From assembly GCA_963823665.1 (NCBI GenBank), contig CAWGMQ010000005.1, positions 640,001 through 704,000 on the forward strand: a stretch of 64,000 nucleotides of DNA, read 5' to 3'. Of this stretch, positions 55,682-64,000 are shown in pieces. The DNA is from an uncultured Planctomycetota bacterium. Its GTDB lineage: Bacteria > Planctomycetota > Planctomycetia > Isosphaerales > Isosphaeraceae. Numbering within the stretch: the stretch's first letter is position 1; each line of letters opens with the position of its first letter. A program made the translations under genes and the position numbers. The notes under the pieces were generated by a model, which was not told where the DNA came from, did not search any database, and saw only the letters and a list, made by a program, of their open reading frames with translations.

Positions 55682-57528
55682 GACGATCGCTCCGCAGGGC
55701 CGAGCACCCCGATGTCACTCGAGAACGACTGGAGCACCGTGGAAAGGGGCTTTGCCGCGGACATGCCCAGTCCGCAGATCGAGGTCAGCTCGAGGATCTC
55801 CAGTAGCTCGTTCACCAGCGCTTTGTCACGAGCGAGGTCCTCGGCTGTTGCCTGTCCCCGTGCGATGCGCTCGCCGACGGAGACAAGCTTTTGCGAGCCG
55901 ATCCGGCAAGGCACGCATTTGCCGCATGACTCGTTGCGAAAGAACCGCGAAGCGTTCAGCGCGTGGTCGAACATGTTCACGCCTCGGTCTTCTGCATACA
56001 CGGTGAGTCCGGCGCCGAGCATGAGGTTCAGGGTGCGGAACTCGTCGATGTCGAGCGGCAGCTCGCGGATGTCGAGTGTGTCGCGGCCGGCCGGGAAGTT
56101 CCGCTCGGACCTTGGCCCGACGTCGGCCTTCGAGAGAACGGCGGGGATGAAACCGCCGGAAGGCCCTGACGGCGCAACGGCCTTGAGAGGCAGGCCGTCG
56201 CGCACGCCTCCTGCCAGATCGATCAGCTCGCCCAGGGTCGAGCCGATCTCGACTTCAAAGACGCCGGGCTGGCGCACATCGCCGCAGATCGAGAAAAACC
56301 GCAGCCCCGGCGCGCCGGCTTTTCCTTTGGCGGTGTACCACGGACTTCCTTTGCTACCCGAATCGGCATACCACTTGCCGCCGTTGAGCACGATCGCGGG
56401 AACCCAGGCGAACGTTTCGACGTTCGAGAGCAGTGTGGGTTTGTCGAAGAGGCCGTTGGTCTCGAGCTGGGGCGGCCGGTTGCGCGGCTCGGCCCTGTGC
56501 TCCTCGATGGCCTCGATCAAGGCCCCCTGCTCTCCGCAGACGTAACCGCCGGGGCTGATGAATACCTCCATGTCAAACGGCATTCCGGTGCCGAGCATGT
56601 TCGATCCCAGCACACCGTCATGCCGCGCCGCCGCGAGGGCCTGGTTCACAGCGTGGATCTGGTCGTGATATTCGTGGCGAATGTAGATATATCCATATTT
56701 CGCTCGAACGAGGAGGGCCGCCAGCACCATCCCCTCGATGATCAGGTCGGGCGTGCGCAGGAGGAGCTCGCGATCCTTGAATGTCGCCGGCTCGCTTTCG
56801 TCGGCGTTGCAGACGATAAATTTTTCGTCGCCCCGGGCCTCGAGCACGTCTCGCCATTTCTGTGCCGCGGGAGTGCCCGCGCCCCCCATGCCGCGCAGGT
56901 TGGCGGTTTCGAGCTCGGCGATGAAGCTCGTGCGAACGGCCTGGCGATCCTGTTCACCGGCGGCAGCCTTGAGCTTGCCGGCAAAGTCGCGAGCGGCCTG
57001 GTAGAACCGCGAGTTTGCGGTGGGATCCGTGGCTCGCCCGTAGGGGTCGATCCGCCAGGGTCGCGGCGAGCGATCGACGGCATCGGGCGGCACGTCCTGG
57101 CTCTCCAGGTGCGCCGCGACGATCGTGCGTAACCGCGCGGCAAAGTCGGCAACAACCGGGCGCTCCAGGACGCGCGTCTCTTCCGGCTTTCCCGGACGGT
57201 GCAGCTCGATCAAAACGGCCGGTGCGCCGTCGCAGCGGCCCAGGCACGACACACTCTCGACCTTGACGCGGTTCTCGCCGCCGAACTCGGCCGCGACGGC
57301 CTCGAGCGCCGCGAGGCAGCCAGGTGCGCCGCGCAGGTGGCAGGCGATATCGCGGCAGACGTGCACCTCGACCGGCGGTGGTGGATGCAGCCGGAAGTGG
57401 GGAAAGAAGCTGACCACCTCGTGAATCCGGTGCAGCGGGACATCGAGCCGGGCCGAGAGGCTCTCGAGATCCTCCCGTTTCAGATAGCCGTTACGTTCCT
57501 GGATTGCACGAAGCTGGTGGACGAGCAT
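55678..57528 (-). CDS. Fused NuoE-NuoF-like NAD(P)H-binding flavoprotein
   Basis: NuoE [2Fe-2S]: VCRDIAC...SCLGRCDGAP. NuoF: LRGMGGAG, CNADESEPATFKDR, YVCGEQGAL, ESCGKCVPCRIG and SICGLG. 4-nt overlap (ATGA) with the downstream Fe-S gene. Confidence 0.92.
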   Translation of the reverse strand: MLVHQLRAIQERNGYLKREDLESLSARLDVPLHRIHEVVSFFPHFRLHPPPPVEVHVCRDIACHLRGAPGCLAALEAVAAEFGGENRVKVESVSCLGRCDGAPAVLIELHRPGKPEETRVLERPVVADFAARLRTIVAAHLESQDVPPDAVDRSPRPWRIDPYGRATDPTANSRFYQAARDFAGKLKAAAGEQDRQAVRTSFIAELETANLRGMGGAGTPAAQKWRDVLEARGDEKFIVCNADESEPATFKDRELLLRTPDLIIEGMVLAALLVRAKYGYIYIRHEYHDQIHAVNQALAAARHDGVLGSNMLGTGMPFDMEVFISPGGYVCGEQGALIEAIEEHRAEPRNRPPQLETNGLFDKPTLLSNVETFAWVPAIVLNGGKWYADSGSKGSPWYTAKGKAGAPGLRFFSICGDVRQPGVFEVEIGSTLGELIDLAGGVRDGLPLKAVAPSGPSGGFIPAVLSKADVGPRSERNFPAGRDTLDIRELPLDIDEFRTLNLMLGAGLTVYAEDRGVNMFDHALNASRFFRNESCGKCVPCRIGSQKLVSVGERIARGQATAEDLARDKALVNELLEILELTSICGLGMSAAKPLSTVLQSFSSDIGVLGPAERSS

Positions 57529-57743
57529 GGAGTTTCCCGGCGTTCACATGGAAACGGGCGGCTCGGGCCTGCATCGGATCGCCGCCCGCGGACTTCCTAG
57601 TATTGCAAGCGATCGAGCGGACGGGAAGCGTTCAGCGTAATCAGGTTTTCAAATCACCGGTCTATCCCCTTGGCCCGATTGCTCCGGTATGATCGGAACT
57701 CGAACCCAGCCGCTCCAGTTCCTCTCCGATTCGAGGTTCCAAG

Positions 57744-58904
57744 ATGAGCACGACCGATAAGCCCGACCCGAATTCGCGGGCATCACATGGTCTCTTCAGC
57801 CGCATCATAAGGCGCTGGCGTTTGCTCCTGTTCCTTTGGTTGCTCGCCTTGGTGCCGATCGTCTATGCGATTTATGCGATCGAGCAACCACGTTATGAGG
57901 CATTGAGCTTGTTGAGAGTCGCCGCAGCTTCTCCCAATCTCTTTGAGCCATCCAGGCCGGAACAGATCGATCCCAAGAACGTTCTGCCGTACATGCAGAC
58001 CCAGGTTGGCTTGATCAGCAGCGACCGCGTCCTCGGTCCGGCCGTCGCAAGCCGGGAAGTCGCCAATCTGAGCGCCATCACGGGCTCGAGTGAGCCGATC
58101 GTCGATCTCAGGAAGAGAATGACGGTGGCCATTGTGCCGGACAGCTATTTGATTCGCGTCGCCCTGGAACTTCCGGACGGAAAGGAGGCGGCGACGATTC
58201 TGAATGCTGTCGTCAACTCTTATTTGCTCTATCACGGCGAGCATACTCGGAGCGGCAACTCGACCCTTCGAAAGAGCCTTGCCGAACATCTCGAGGAATA
58301 CAAGAAACAGATCGGCGAGAAGCGAGACGAGCTCAGAACGCTCGTGCAGCCTAAAGTTATTAGCCCGCATCCTGGATACCGCACGGCCGGCACGGTGACT
58401 GAGGAGCAATCCGACCGGATCGCGGCGGAAATGGTCAATGCTCAAGTGGAGCTTGTGAAGGCACAGTCGACGCTCGAAGCGACGGAAGCCGCCGCCGAAG
58501 CAGAAAAGGATCCCCGTCTACGGCAAACACTGAGCGACCTTCGGATCAACGTGGCAGCGCTCGTGAAACAGAAAGAGTACCTGGCCAAATACCTCGACGG
58601 GCTCAAAATTGAAAAGAAAGGGACAACCGACGTCTCGTTCGAAGCAGCATTCGTGAACCGCCAGCTCGAAATCTTGCTGAAGGATGAGGCACAGATCAGC
58701 GCGCACCTCAAACAACTGGAATTTGATTCGCAACGCGGGGAGGGTCGCGTGACGTTGGTCGACAACGCCTTGCCCCCAAGAACGCCAGTGAACGACAGGC
58801 GGTTCGCGTACATGGCGGCTGCGCCGGTCGTGATGTTGCTGGCCCTCATGAGCGTCGCTTTGTGCTTGCCTCTCAGAGGCTCGCGCGCCTGGGCTGGGGA
58901 ATGA
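57744..58904 (+). CDS. GumC/Wzc-like polysaccharide co-polymerase periplasmic domain protein, copy 1 (no tyrosine kinase domain)
   Basis: N- and C-terminal TM segments. YEALSLLRV, YMQTQVGLISSDRVL, SYLIRVAL..EAATILNAVVNSY, coiled coil, RVTLVDNA..P. Confidence 0.72.
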   Translation: MSTTDKPDPNSRASHGLFSRIIRRWRLLLFLWLLALVPIVYAIYAIEQPRYEALSLLRVAAASPNLFEPSRPEQIDPKNVLPYMQTQVGLISSDRVLGPAVASREVANLSAITGSSEPIVDLRKRMTVAIVPDSYLIRVALELPDGKEAATILNAVVNSYLLYHGEHTRSGNSTLRKSLAEHLEEYKKQIGEKRDELRTLVQPKVISPHPGYRTAGTVTEEQSDRIAAEMVNAQVELVKAQSTLEATEAAAEAEKDPRLRQTLSDLRINVAALVKQKEYLAKYLDGLKIEKKGTTDVSFEAAFVNRQLEILLKDEAQISAHLKQLEFDSQRGEGRVTLVDNALPPRTPVNDRRFAYMAAAPVVMLLALMSVALCLPLRGSRAWAGE

Positions 58905-59025
58905 CCTTGAACAGAAGCGCGCGCGCCGCGACCGGATGATCGATTTTTCCCTTCACCCCACCGAGCATGTATCGTGAGTGATGGACGTTGATCGTCTCGC
59001 TTCCGCAGTTATTCGAGCATCCGCC

Positions 59026-60225
59026 ATGAGCACATCTGCCAAGCCCGACCCGAACTCGCCTCAGCGCCTCGGTGTCCTGAGTCGAATCACTGATCAACTG
59101 TGGCAGATCATTTTGCTCTGGCTGGTCATCTCGATGCCGATCATCTACCTGATCCATCAGTTCGTCGAGCCGCGCTTTGAAGCATTCAGCATCTTGCGCG
59201 TCACACCGACTTCCTGGCAGCTCTACGAACCGTCCGGTTCGCAGCATGTCGATTTCAGGGGCGGTCTACCTTACCTGCAGACTCAAATCGGCTTGATCAC
59301 TTCTGATCGTGTGCTCGGCCCGGCCATCGCGGAGCGTGAGGTCGTCAATCTGAGCACGATCAAGAATGCCGATGATCCGAGAGAATACCTGCGCGAGCAC
59401 CTGAAGGTCGAGATGGTGAAAGATGCCTATCTGATCCGCGTCGCGTTGGAGTTGCCGGATCGCAACGAGGCGACCGCAATCGTCAATACCGTAGTCCAGT
59501 GTTACTTGCTCTATAATAGCGAACATCAGCGGAGTGGGAATTCGACTCTCCGGAAAAGCCTCTCCGACCATCTTGAGGAATACAAGAAACAGATCGGCGA
59601 GAAGCGAGACGAGCTGAAAGGTCTCTACCAGAAGGGCACCATCGTTGCCGTTCCGGGAATCAGCCTGAACGCGTCCGGCAAAGTCAGCGACCCCACGCAA
59701 CCGCGGCTTTCGACTGTGACGGAATCGCAAGCACGACGGGTCGCGGACGAGATCATCAATTCCGACCTGGATTTGATCAAGGCGCAATCAATCCTCGAGG
59801 TAACAGAAGCTGCGAGTAATGCAGGAAACGACCCGCACGCGCGACAAATGCTGAGCGAGCTTCGGCTCAACGTGGCCTCGCTCGTGAAGCAAAGAGAATC
59901 TCAGGCGAAGTACTTCGAAGGCCTTAAGGTGGAGAAGAACGCGGGAAAACCCGACGCGTTCGACGTTGATTTGGTGCGACGTCAACTTGACATCCTGCTC
60001 CGGCGGGAAGACCAGGTCAACCAACAGCTCAAGCAACTGGAGTTCGAGTCATCTCAAGAGAACGTTCGAGTGACGCTCCTCGACGCCGCCGTGGCTCCGA
60101 ACGCTCCCACCAACAACGACCGGACCAGATACATGGCCCTCGCGCCCATCGCCGTCTTGCTCGCTCTGATCGGATTCGCCTTGCTTTTGCCTGTAAAGGG
60201 CTCGCGCGCCTGGACTGGAGAATGA
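59026..60225 (+). CDS. GumC/Wzc-like polysaccharide co-polymerase periplasmic domain protein, copy 2
   Basis: Paralogue of 57744..58904 (shared RSGNSTLRKSL..HLEEYKKQIGEKRDEL and GSRAW.GE end). Confidence 0.72.
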   Translation: MSTSAKPDPNSPQRLGVLSRITDQLWQIILLWLVISMPIIYLIHQFVEPRFEAFSILRVTPTSWQLYEPSGSQHVDFRGGLPYLQTQIGLITSDRVLGPAIAEREVVNLSTIKNADDPREYLREHLKVEMVKDAYLIRVALELPDRNEATAIVNTVVQCYLLYNSEHQRSGNSTLRKSLSDHLEEYKKQIGEKRDELKGLYQKGTIVAVPGISLNASGKVSDPTQPRLSTVTESQARRVADEIINSDLDLIKAQSILEVTEAASNAGNDPHARQMLSELRLNVASLVKQRESQAKYFEGLKVEKNAGKPDAFDVDLVRRQLDILLRREDQVNQQLKQLEFESSQENVRVTLLDAAVAPNAPTNNDRTRYMALAPIAVLLALIGFALLLPVKGSRAWTGE

Positions 60226-60228
60226 GCA

Positions 60229-62088
60229 GTGCTAGCATCAAGACTGCCTCGGATTGCTCGCGTCTTGTTGCTCGCCTGGCTCTCCGTGTTACTTGCGCCG
60301 GCCGAGGCCGCACGCGCTGAGCAGGGAACCAAGCCGAATATCATCGTGATCCTCGCCGATGATCTCGGCTATGGAGAACTCGGCTGTTATGGGAGTCCGA
60401 GATTCAAGACGCCCAATATCGATCGCTTGGCCGCTGAGGGCGTGTGGCTGACGCAATTCAACACGCCCATGGCGTACTGCGCCCCGACCCGAGCTGCCCT
60501 CTTGACCGGTCGATACCCACTGCGCTGCGGTCTCTCCACCAACCCGGCGCCCGACGAAGGGCCCAAGGCCGACGCGGTGGCGCTTCCGAAAAGTGAGATC
60601 ACGCTGGCCGAGATCTTCAAAAGGGCCGGCTATGCGACCGCCATGGTTGGCAAGTGGCATCTCGGCCACCAGGCGCCCGAGCACCTTCCCACCCACCGTG
60701 GCTTCGATGAATACGTCGGCATCCTTTGCAGCAACGACATGCGGCCGGTGCGCTTGATCGAAGGCGACAAACCAGTTGAATACCCGCTCGTTCAGGCGAC
60801 GCTCACCAAGCGTTACACCGAGCGGGCGCTGCGATTCATCGAGGGCCACCAGAACGCGCCGTTCTTCCTTTACTTCGCGCACGCGATGCCCCACAAGCCA
60901 CTTGCTTGCTCGGAAGAATTCTACAAGAAGAGCGGCGCGGGGCTTTACGGCGACGTGCTGGCCGAGCTGGACTGGAGCGTCGGGCAGGTGCTCACCAAGC
61001 TGAAGAAGCTTGGCCTGGACCGCCGCACGCTCGTGCTCTTCACCAGCGATAACGGCCCGTGGTTCGGTGGGAGCACCGCGGGCCTGCGCGGGATGAAAAG
61101 CACCACGTGGGAAGGCGGCTACCGCGTGCCATGCATCGCGCGATGGCCGGGCCGGATTCCTGGGGGCCCTGTTTGCGGCGCGCCTGCGGTCACAGTGGAT
61201 CTCTTCGCCACGGCTCTGGCCGCTGCGGAAATCCAGCCGCCACAGGATCGGGTGATCGACGGCAAGGACTTGCTTCCGCTGCTAACGGGAAAGGTCCGCG
61301 AAGTCCACGACGTCGTCTTCGGTCAGCAAGGCCCGCGGCTGGCCACGGTCCGCGATCGAAGATGGAAGCTCCACTTGCTCGCGCCGGCGGATACTCGTGC
61401 GTCAGAAACAACCAGCCGCTGGGTCGACCCCCGCGGCCCAGACGGAACGACAATTCTAGCGCCTTCCGAACAGTACCAGCCGAGCGACTATCCCGGCATT
61501 CGCACGGGGGATTTGCCGCGCGCGATGAGCTTGTTTGACCTCCAGAAGGACCCGGCAGAACAGCACGACGTCGCCGCCGAGCATGCGGACGTCGTGGCCC
61601 GACTCAAGGCGCGAGCCGACGAGTTCGTCAGTTCGCTCGCAACGAACGGGAAACAGAGCGCCGTGGCAGACCCGTCGCCGGCCGAGCCGGTCACGGCGTT
61701 ACTAACCGTCTCGCCGGAACGTGCCTCGGCCGGCGAGACCGTCGAGGCGCTCGTCCACATCCGCATTGCCGGCGCGCACTTCATTCACGCCCGAGACGAA
61801 GCCCGCTCGCCGTTTATCCCGCTCACAATGAGCACGACTCTACCCGACGGTGTCGAGCCCATCGGCGACTGGCAATTTCCTGCGCCTGAAAAAGGGCGCG
61901 GACAATCGCTCGTTTATCGTGATTCGGTTTTGTTGCGACGTTCGCTCCGAGTCGTCTCGAGCTTGGCGCCGAAAACGCTTACAGTGGCGGGTGAGCTCCA
62001 GTACCAAGTCTGCACGGAGGAGATCTGCTGGCCCAAAGGAAAGTTGAAGCTATCCGCGTCTCTCATGATCCAATCCCCACGGAGATAA
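60229..62088 (+). CDS. Cys-type arylsulfatase fused to a DsbD N-terminal-like domain
   Basis: Sulfatase motifs PNIIVILADDLGY, CAPTRAALLTGRY, GKWHLG and FTSDNG. C-terminal IAGAHFIH...W.FPAP...YQVCTEEICW. Confidence 0.85.
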   Translation: MLASRLPRIARVLLLAWLSVLLAPAEAARAEQGTKPNIIVILADDLGYGELGCYGSPRFKTPNIDRLAAEGVWLTQFNTPMAYCAPTRAALLTGRYPLRCGLSTNPAPDEGPKADAVALPKSEITLAEIFKRAGYATAMVGKWHLGHQAPEHLPTHRGFDEYVGILCSNDMRPVRLIEGDKPVEYPLVQATLTKRYTERALRFIEGHQNAPFFLYFAHAMPHKPLACSEEFYKKSGAGLYGDVLAELDWSVGQVLTKLKKLGLDRRTLVLFTSDNGPWFGGSTAGLRGMKSTTWEGGYRVPCIARWPGRIPGGPVCGAPAVTVDLFATALAAAEIQPPQDRVIDGKDLLPLLTGKVREVHDVVFGQQGPRLATVRDRRWKLHLLAPADTRASETTSRWVDPRGPDGTTILAPSEQYQPSDYPGIRTGDLPRAMSLFDLQKDPAEQHDVAAEHADVVARLKARADEFVSSLATNGKQSAVADPSPAEPVTALLTVSPERASAGETVEALVHIRIAGAHFIHARDEARSPFIPLTMSTTLPDGVEPIGDWQFPAPEKGRGQSLVYRDSVLLRRSLRVVSSLAPKTLTVAGELQYQVCTEEICWPKGKLKLSASLMIQSPRR

Positions 62089-62094
62089 ATTGAG

Positions 62095-63405
62095 ATGTTC
62101 AAATTCCAATTGCTATCCGCCAGCCTGTTGCTGGGATTGACCGCGGCCGTACCGGCATCAGTTCGCGCGGAGGAGCTGCGCGACCTCAAGGTGCTGTATG
62201 TCGGCTCGGAACGTGCATCGGCCTATGTTGGATTTCTGAGCGGGAAGGTCGCCCGGATCGAGGCCAGGAGCCGGCAGGATTTCCAGCCCCGTGATGCGGC
62301 GCCTTTTGACGTTGTCTTGCTCGACTGGCCGCAGGGGGAAGAAACCCGCGAAATGCGGAAGCTCAATTCGCCGCTGGGCCGGCGCGAAGAATGGGAGAAG
62401 CCGACCGTGCTGCTGGGAAGCGCGGGGCTTAACCTGGCCGTCGCATGGAAAATGAAGGGAGGCTCGGGGTGTACCTGCATGGATCCCATGGCGTTTGACC
62501 TGCGCGAGCACCGCATCTTCGAAATGCCGTTCAAGATCGATCGCGCCAAGATGATTTCGATCCCGACGCCCGACGCCTTCAAGGATGAGATCAAAGAGCC
62601 CGAGATCAAGGTGCTGCCGCTGGTCTCCGATCTCAAGACTCACTGGAACGCAGGCTGGTGCACTCACGCCAGGGATTTCGATGTTTATCCGGATGTCGAA
62701 TTCCTTTCGGGTGGAGTGAACCACCAGACTCCGACGTCGGCGGGCCTCTGGCGACAGGGGAACTTGCTGCACTTCGGATTCGAGCAATCGCCGGACGAGA
62801 TGAATGAGGTTGGCAAGCAACTGTTGCTCAATTCCATCGCGTATATCAGTCACTTCACGGAAGACCGCCCGATCGCGATCAATCCGTCGGTCTTTGCGGG
62901 TCCTGTCGCGCGGAATCGCTGGACTCTTGCGCGCTGGCTTCGCAATCCTGGATATCGCATGGATCTTTGCAAGAGTCTGCTCGCACCGGAAACCTGGGGA
63001 ATTCTATCCAAAAGACCGGACCGGGAGGCGATGGCGCAATGGGCGGACGAGAACGCCCGGTTCTTGCACCCCAATCGCGACGCGGTCCTGGAAATCGACG
63101 AGGACCTCGCAGGGGCCCGCGTGAGGTTTGACCGGCCGGAGTTCTTCACGAAGGTAATCGCCGACTTGCGGTCTGAAGACCGTGCAGTCGTGGCTCGCGC
63201 ACAGCGATTGCTCGAGCGGTATGTTCCGATTGGTCCTGGTGGCGGCGACGCCAATGCTTGGGCTTCCTGGTGGGAGGAGAATCAGCGATTCGCATTCGCC
63301 TCTGACGACGCGGATTACCGGTGGTATATCGATCCGCTTGCGAAGAAACGAGGCGTGGCCACGGGTGAGATGCGCGGGCCCAAACGCGCCAGTGTGCCCT
63401 TTTAG
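62095..63405 (+). CDS. Secreted hypothetical protein with CxC motif
   Basis: Signal peptide (AVPASVRA), GSGCTCMD and RQGNLLHFGFEQSP. Lies 6 nt after the sulfatase gene. Confidence 0.7.
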   Translation: MFKFQLLSASLLLGLTAAVPASVRAEELRDLKVLYVGSERASAYVGFLSGKVARIEARSRQDFQPRDAAPFDVVLLDWPQGEETREMRKLNSPLGRREEWEKPTVLLGSAGLNLAVAWKMKGGSGCTCMDPMAFDLREHRIFEMPFKIDRAKMISIPTPDAFKDEIKEPEIKVLPLVSDLKTHWNAGWCTHARDFDVYPDVEFLSGGVNHQTPTSAGLWRQGNLLHFGFEQSPDEMNEVGKQLLLNSIAYISHFTEDRPIAINPSVFAGPVARNRWTLARWLRNPGYRMDLCKSLLAPETWGILSKRPDREAMAQWADENARFLHPNRDAVLEIDEDLAGARVRFDRPEFFTKVIADLRSEDRAVVARAQRLLERYVPIGPGGGDANAWASWWEENQRFAFASDDADYRWYIDPLAKKRGVATGEMRGPKRASVPF

Positions 63406-63517
63406 CTTCGTCCAGCGTACGAAGGCTACGCTGTGCGCACATGCGGGATCGCCGGGCGGAGCCGGCTCCTACACAATCGGGCTTCGGTCCTACCCGTAGA
63501 AGGGGGCTCCGTCTGGT

Positions 63518-63737
63518 CTGATGAAAAGCGGGCCGTATTGGCGAATTTCGAGGCGGACGATTCGGCGTTTTCTGTTGCGCGACGGTTTTGTGATGGCGGC
63601 CGCCGGCACGCACCCCCCCTGGCCCTGGGCTGATGAAAAGTGGGGCTTATTGGCGAATTACGCGGTGAACGAATCGGCGTTTTCTGTTGCGCGACGGTTG
63701 GGTGATGGCGGCCGCCGGGACGGACCCCCCCTGGCCC
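63518..63737. repeat. Two-copy 112-bp imperfect tandem repeat
   Basis: CTGATGAAAAG...TTGGCGAATT...TCGGCGTTTTCTGTTGCGCGACGGTT...GTGATGGCGGCCGCCGG...CCCCCCCTGGCCC starts at 63518 and again at 63630. Confidence 0.85.
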
Positions 63738-63849
63738 CCCCTTCTTAAGGGGGGGAAGCTTGGCGCAACATTCGCGGCGGGAAATCTCCGCTCCGTCTAC
63801 CGCAAGTTTTCAACAGGCCACCCCTGGCCCCCCCTTCTGAAGGGGGGGA
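63726..63849. repeat. Two REP-like hairpins CCCCTGGCCCCCCCTTCT(T/G)AAGGGGGGGA
   Basis: Copies at about 63728-63756 and 63821-63849, between convergent genes. Confidence 0.75.
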
Positions 63850-63891
63850 AAAGTTAGCGGGCTTTCGCTTGCTTGTGGCGTGTCGAGCGGA

Positions 63892-64000
63892 TCACTGGCG
63901 GGTGCGGCGGTCATCCGCAGCCTCGGCGGCGATCTGGCGATATCGCTCGAGGGCGCGGTCGAACGCCTTGCGCGCTTCGTCGCGCTCGGCGGGCCGTATC
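63892..64000 (-). CDS. 3' end of a gene entering from the right edge (function unknown)
   Basis: Minus frame reads IRPAERDEARKAFDRALERYRQIAAEAADDRRTRQ*. Confidence 0.5.
   Translation of the reverse strand, partial: IRPAERDEARKAFDRALERYRQIAAEAADDRRTRQ

Noticed and set aside
53192..57528. Respiratory complex I (nuoEFG), hydrogenase or formate dehydrogenase
   Set aside because: No other nuo genes, H-cluster motifs, NiFe subunit or molybdopterin domain are present, so gene symbols were withheld.

Overview
GC-rich bacterial DNA, almost certainly from a planctomycete (inferred from LEPR-xLL export motifs, a DUF1559 prepilin-type protein, an ECF sigma-WD40 fusion, a TIGR03067 remnant and an HAxGGLG-type kinase). 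Many genes are split by single-base frameshifts, which look like long-read assembly errors. Left end: alpha-2-macroglobulin and a light/oxidative-stress block (SRPBCC, TspO, desaturase remnant, class II photolyase). The main candidate system is a split gene neighbourhood (about 6.9-25.8 kb and 40.2-57.5 kb) that joins cyclic-nucleotide signalling to a complete-looking trans-envelope redox chain. Signalling genes: an FHA-like/GAF class III cyclase with guanylate-cyclase-type specificity residues, a class II phosphodiesterase and a Ser/Thr kinase. Redox genes: a NuoE-NuoF fusion with an NADPH-type motif; a NuoG-N/tandem cNMP-binding/4x[4Fe-4S] fusion; a His-rich membrane protein; three multiheme cytochromes c (about 25 heme motifs in total); a probable outer-membrane beta-barrel; and a secreted tandem GlcG/HbpS heme-binding protein. 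A NadD-NAD kinase fusion lies alongside. A decayed accessory island (about 26-40 kb) separates the two halves; it holds pseudogenes, IS701 and RAYT remnants, REP-like palindromes, a truncated tRNA-Leu and secreted proteins. Right end: tandem Wzc/GumC-like paralogues, a sulfatase-DsbD_N fusion, a CxC protein and repeats. All functional calls come from motif reading alone; no database searches were run.
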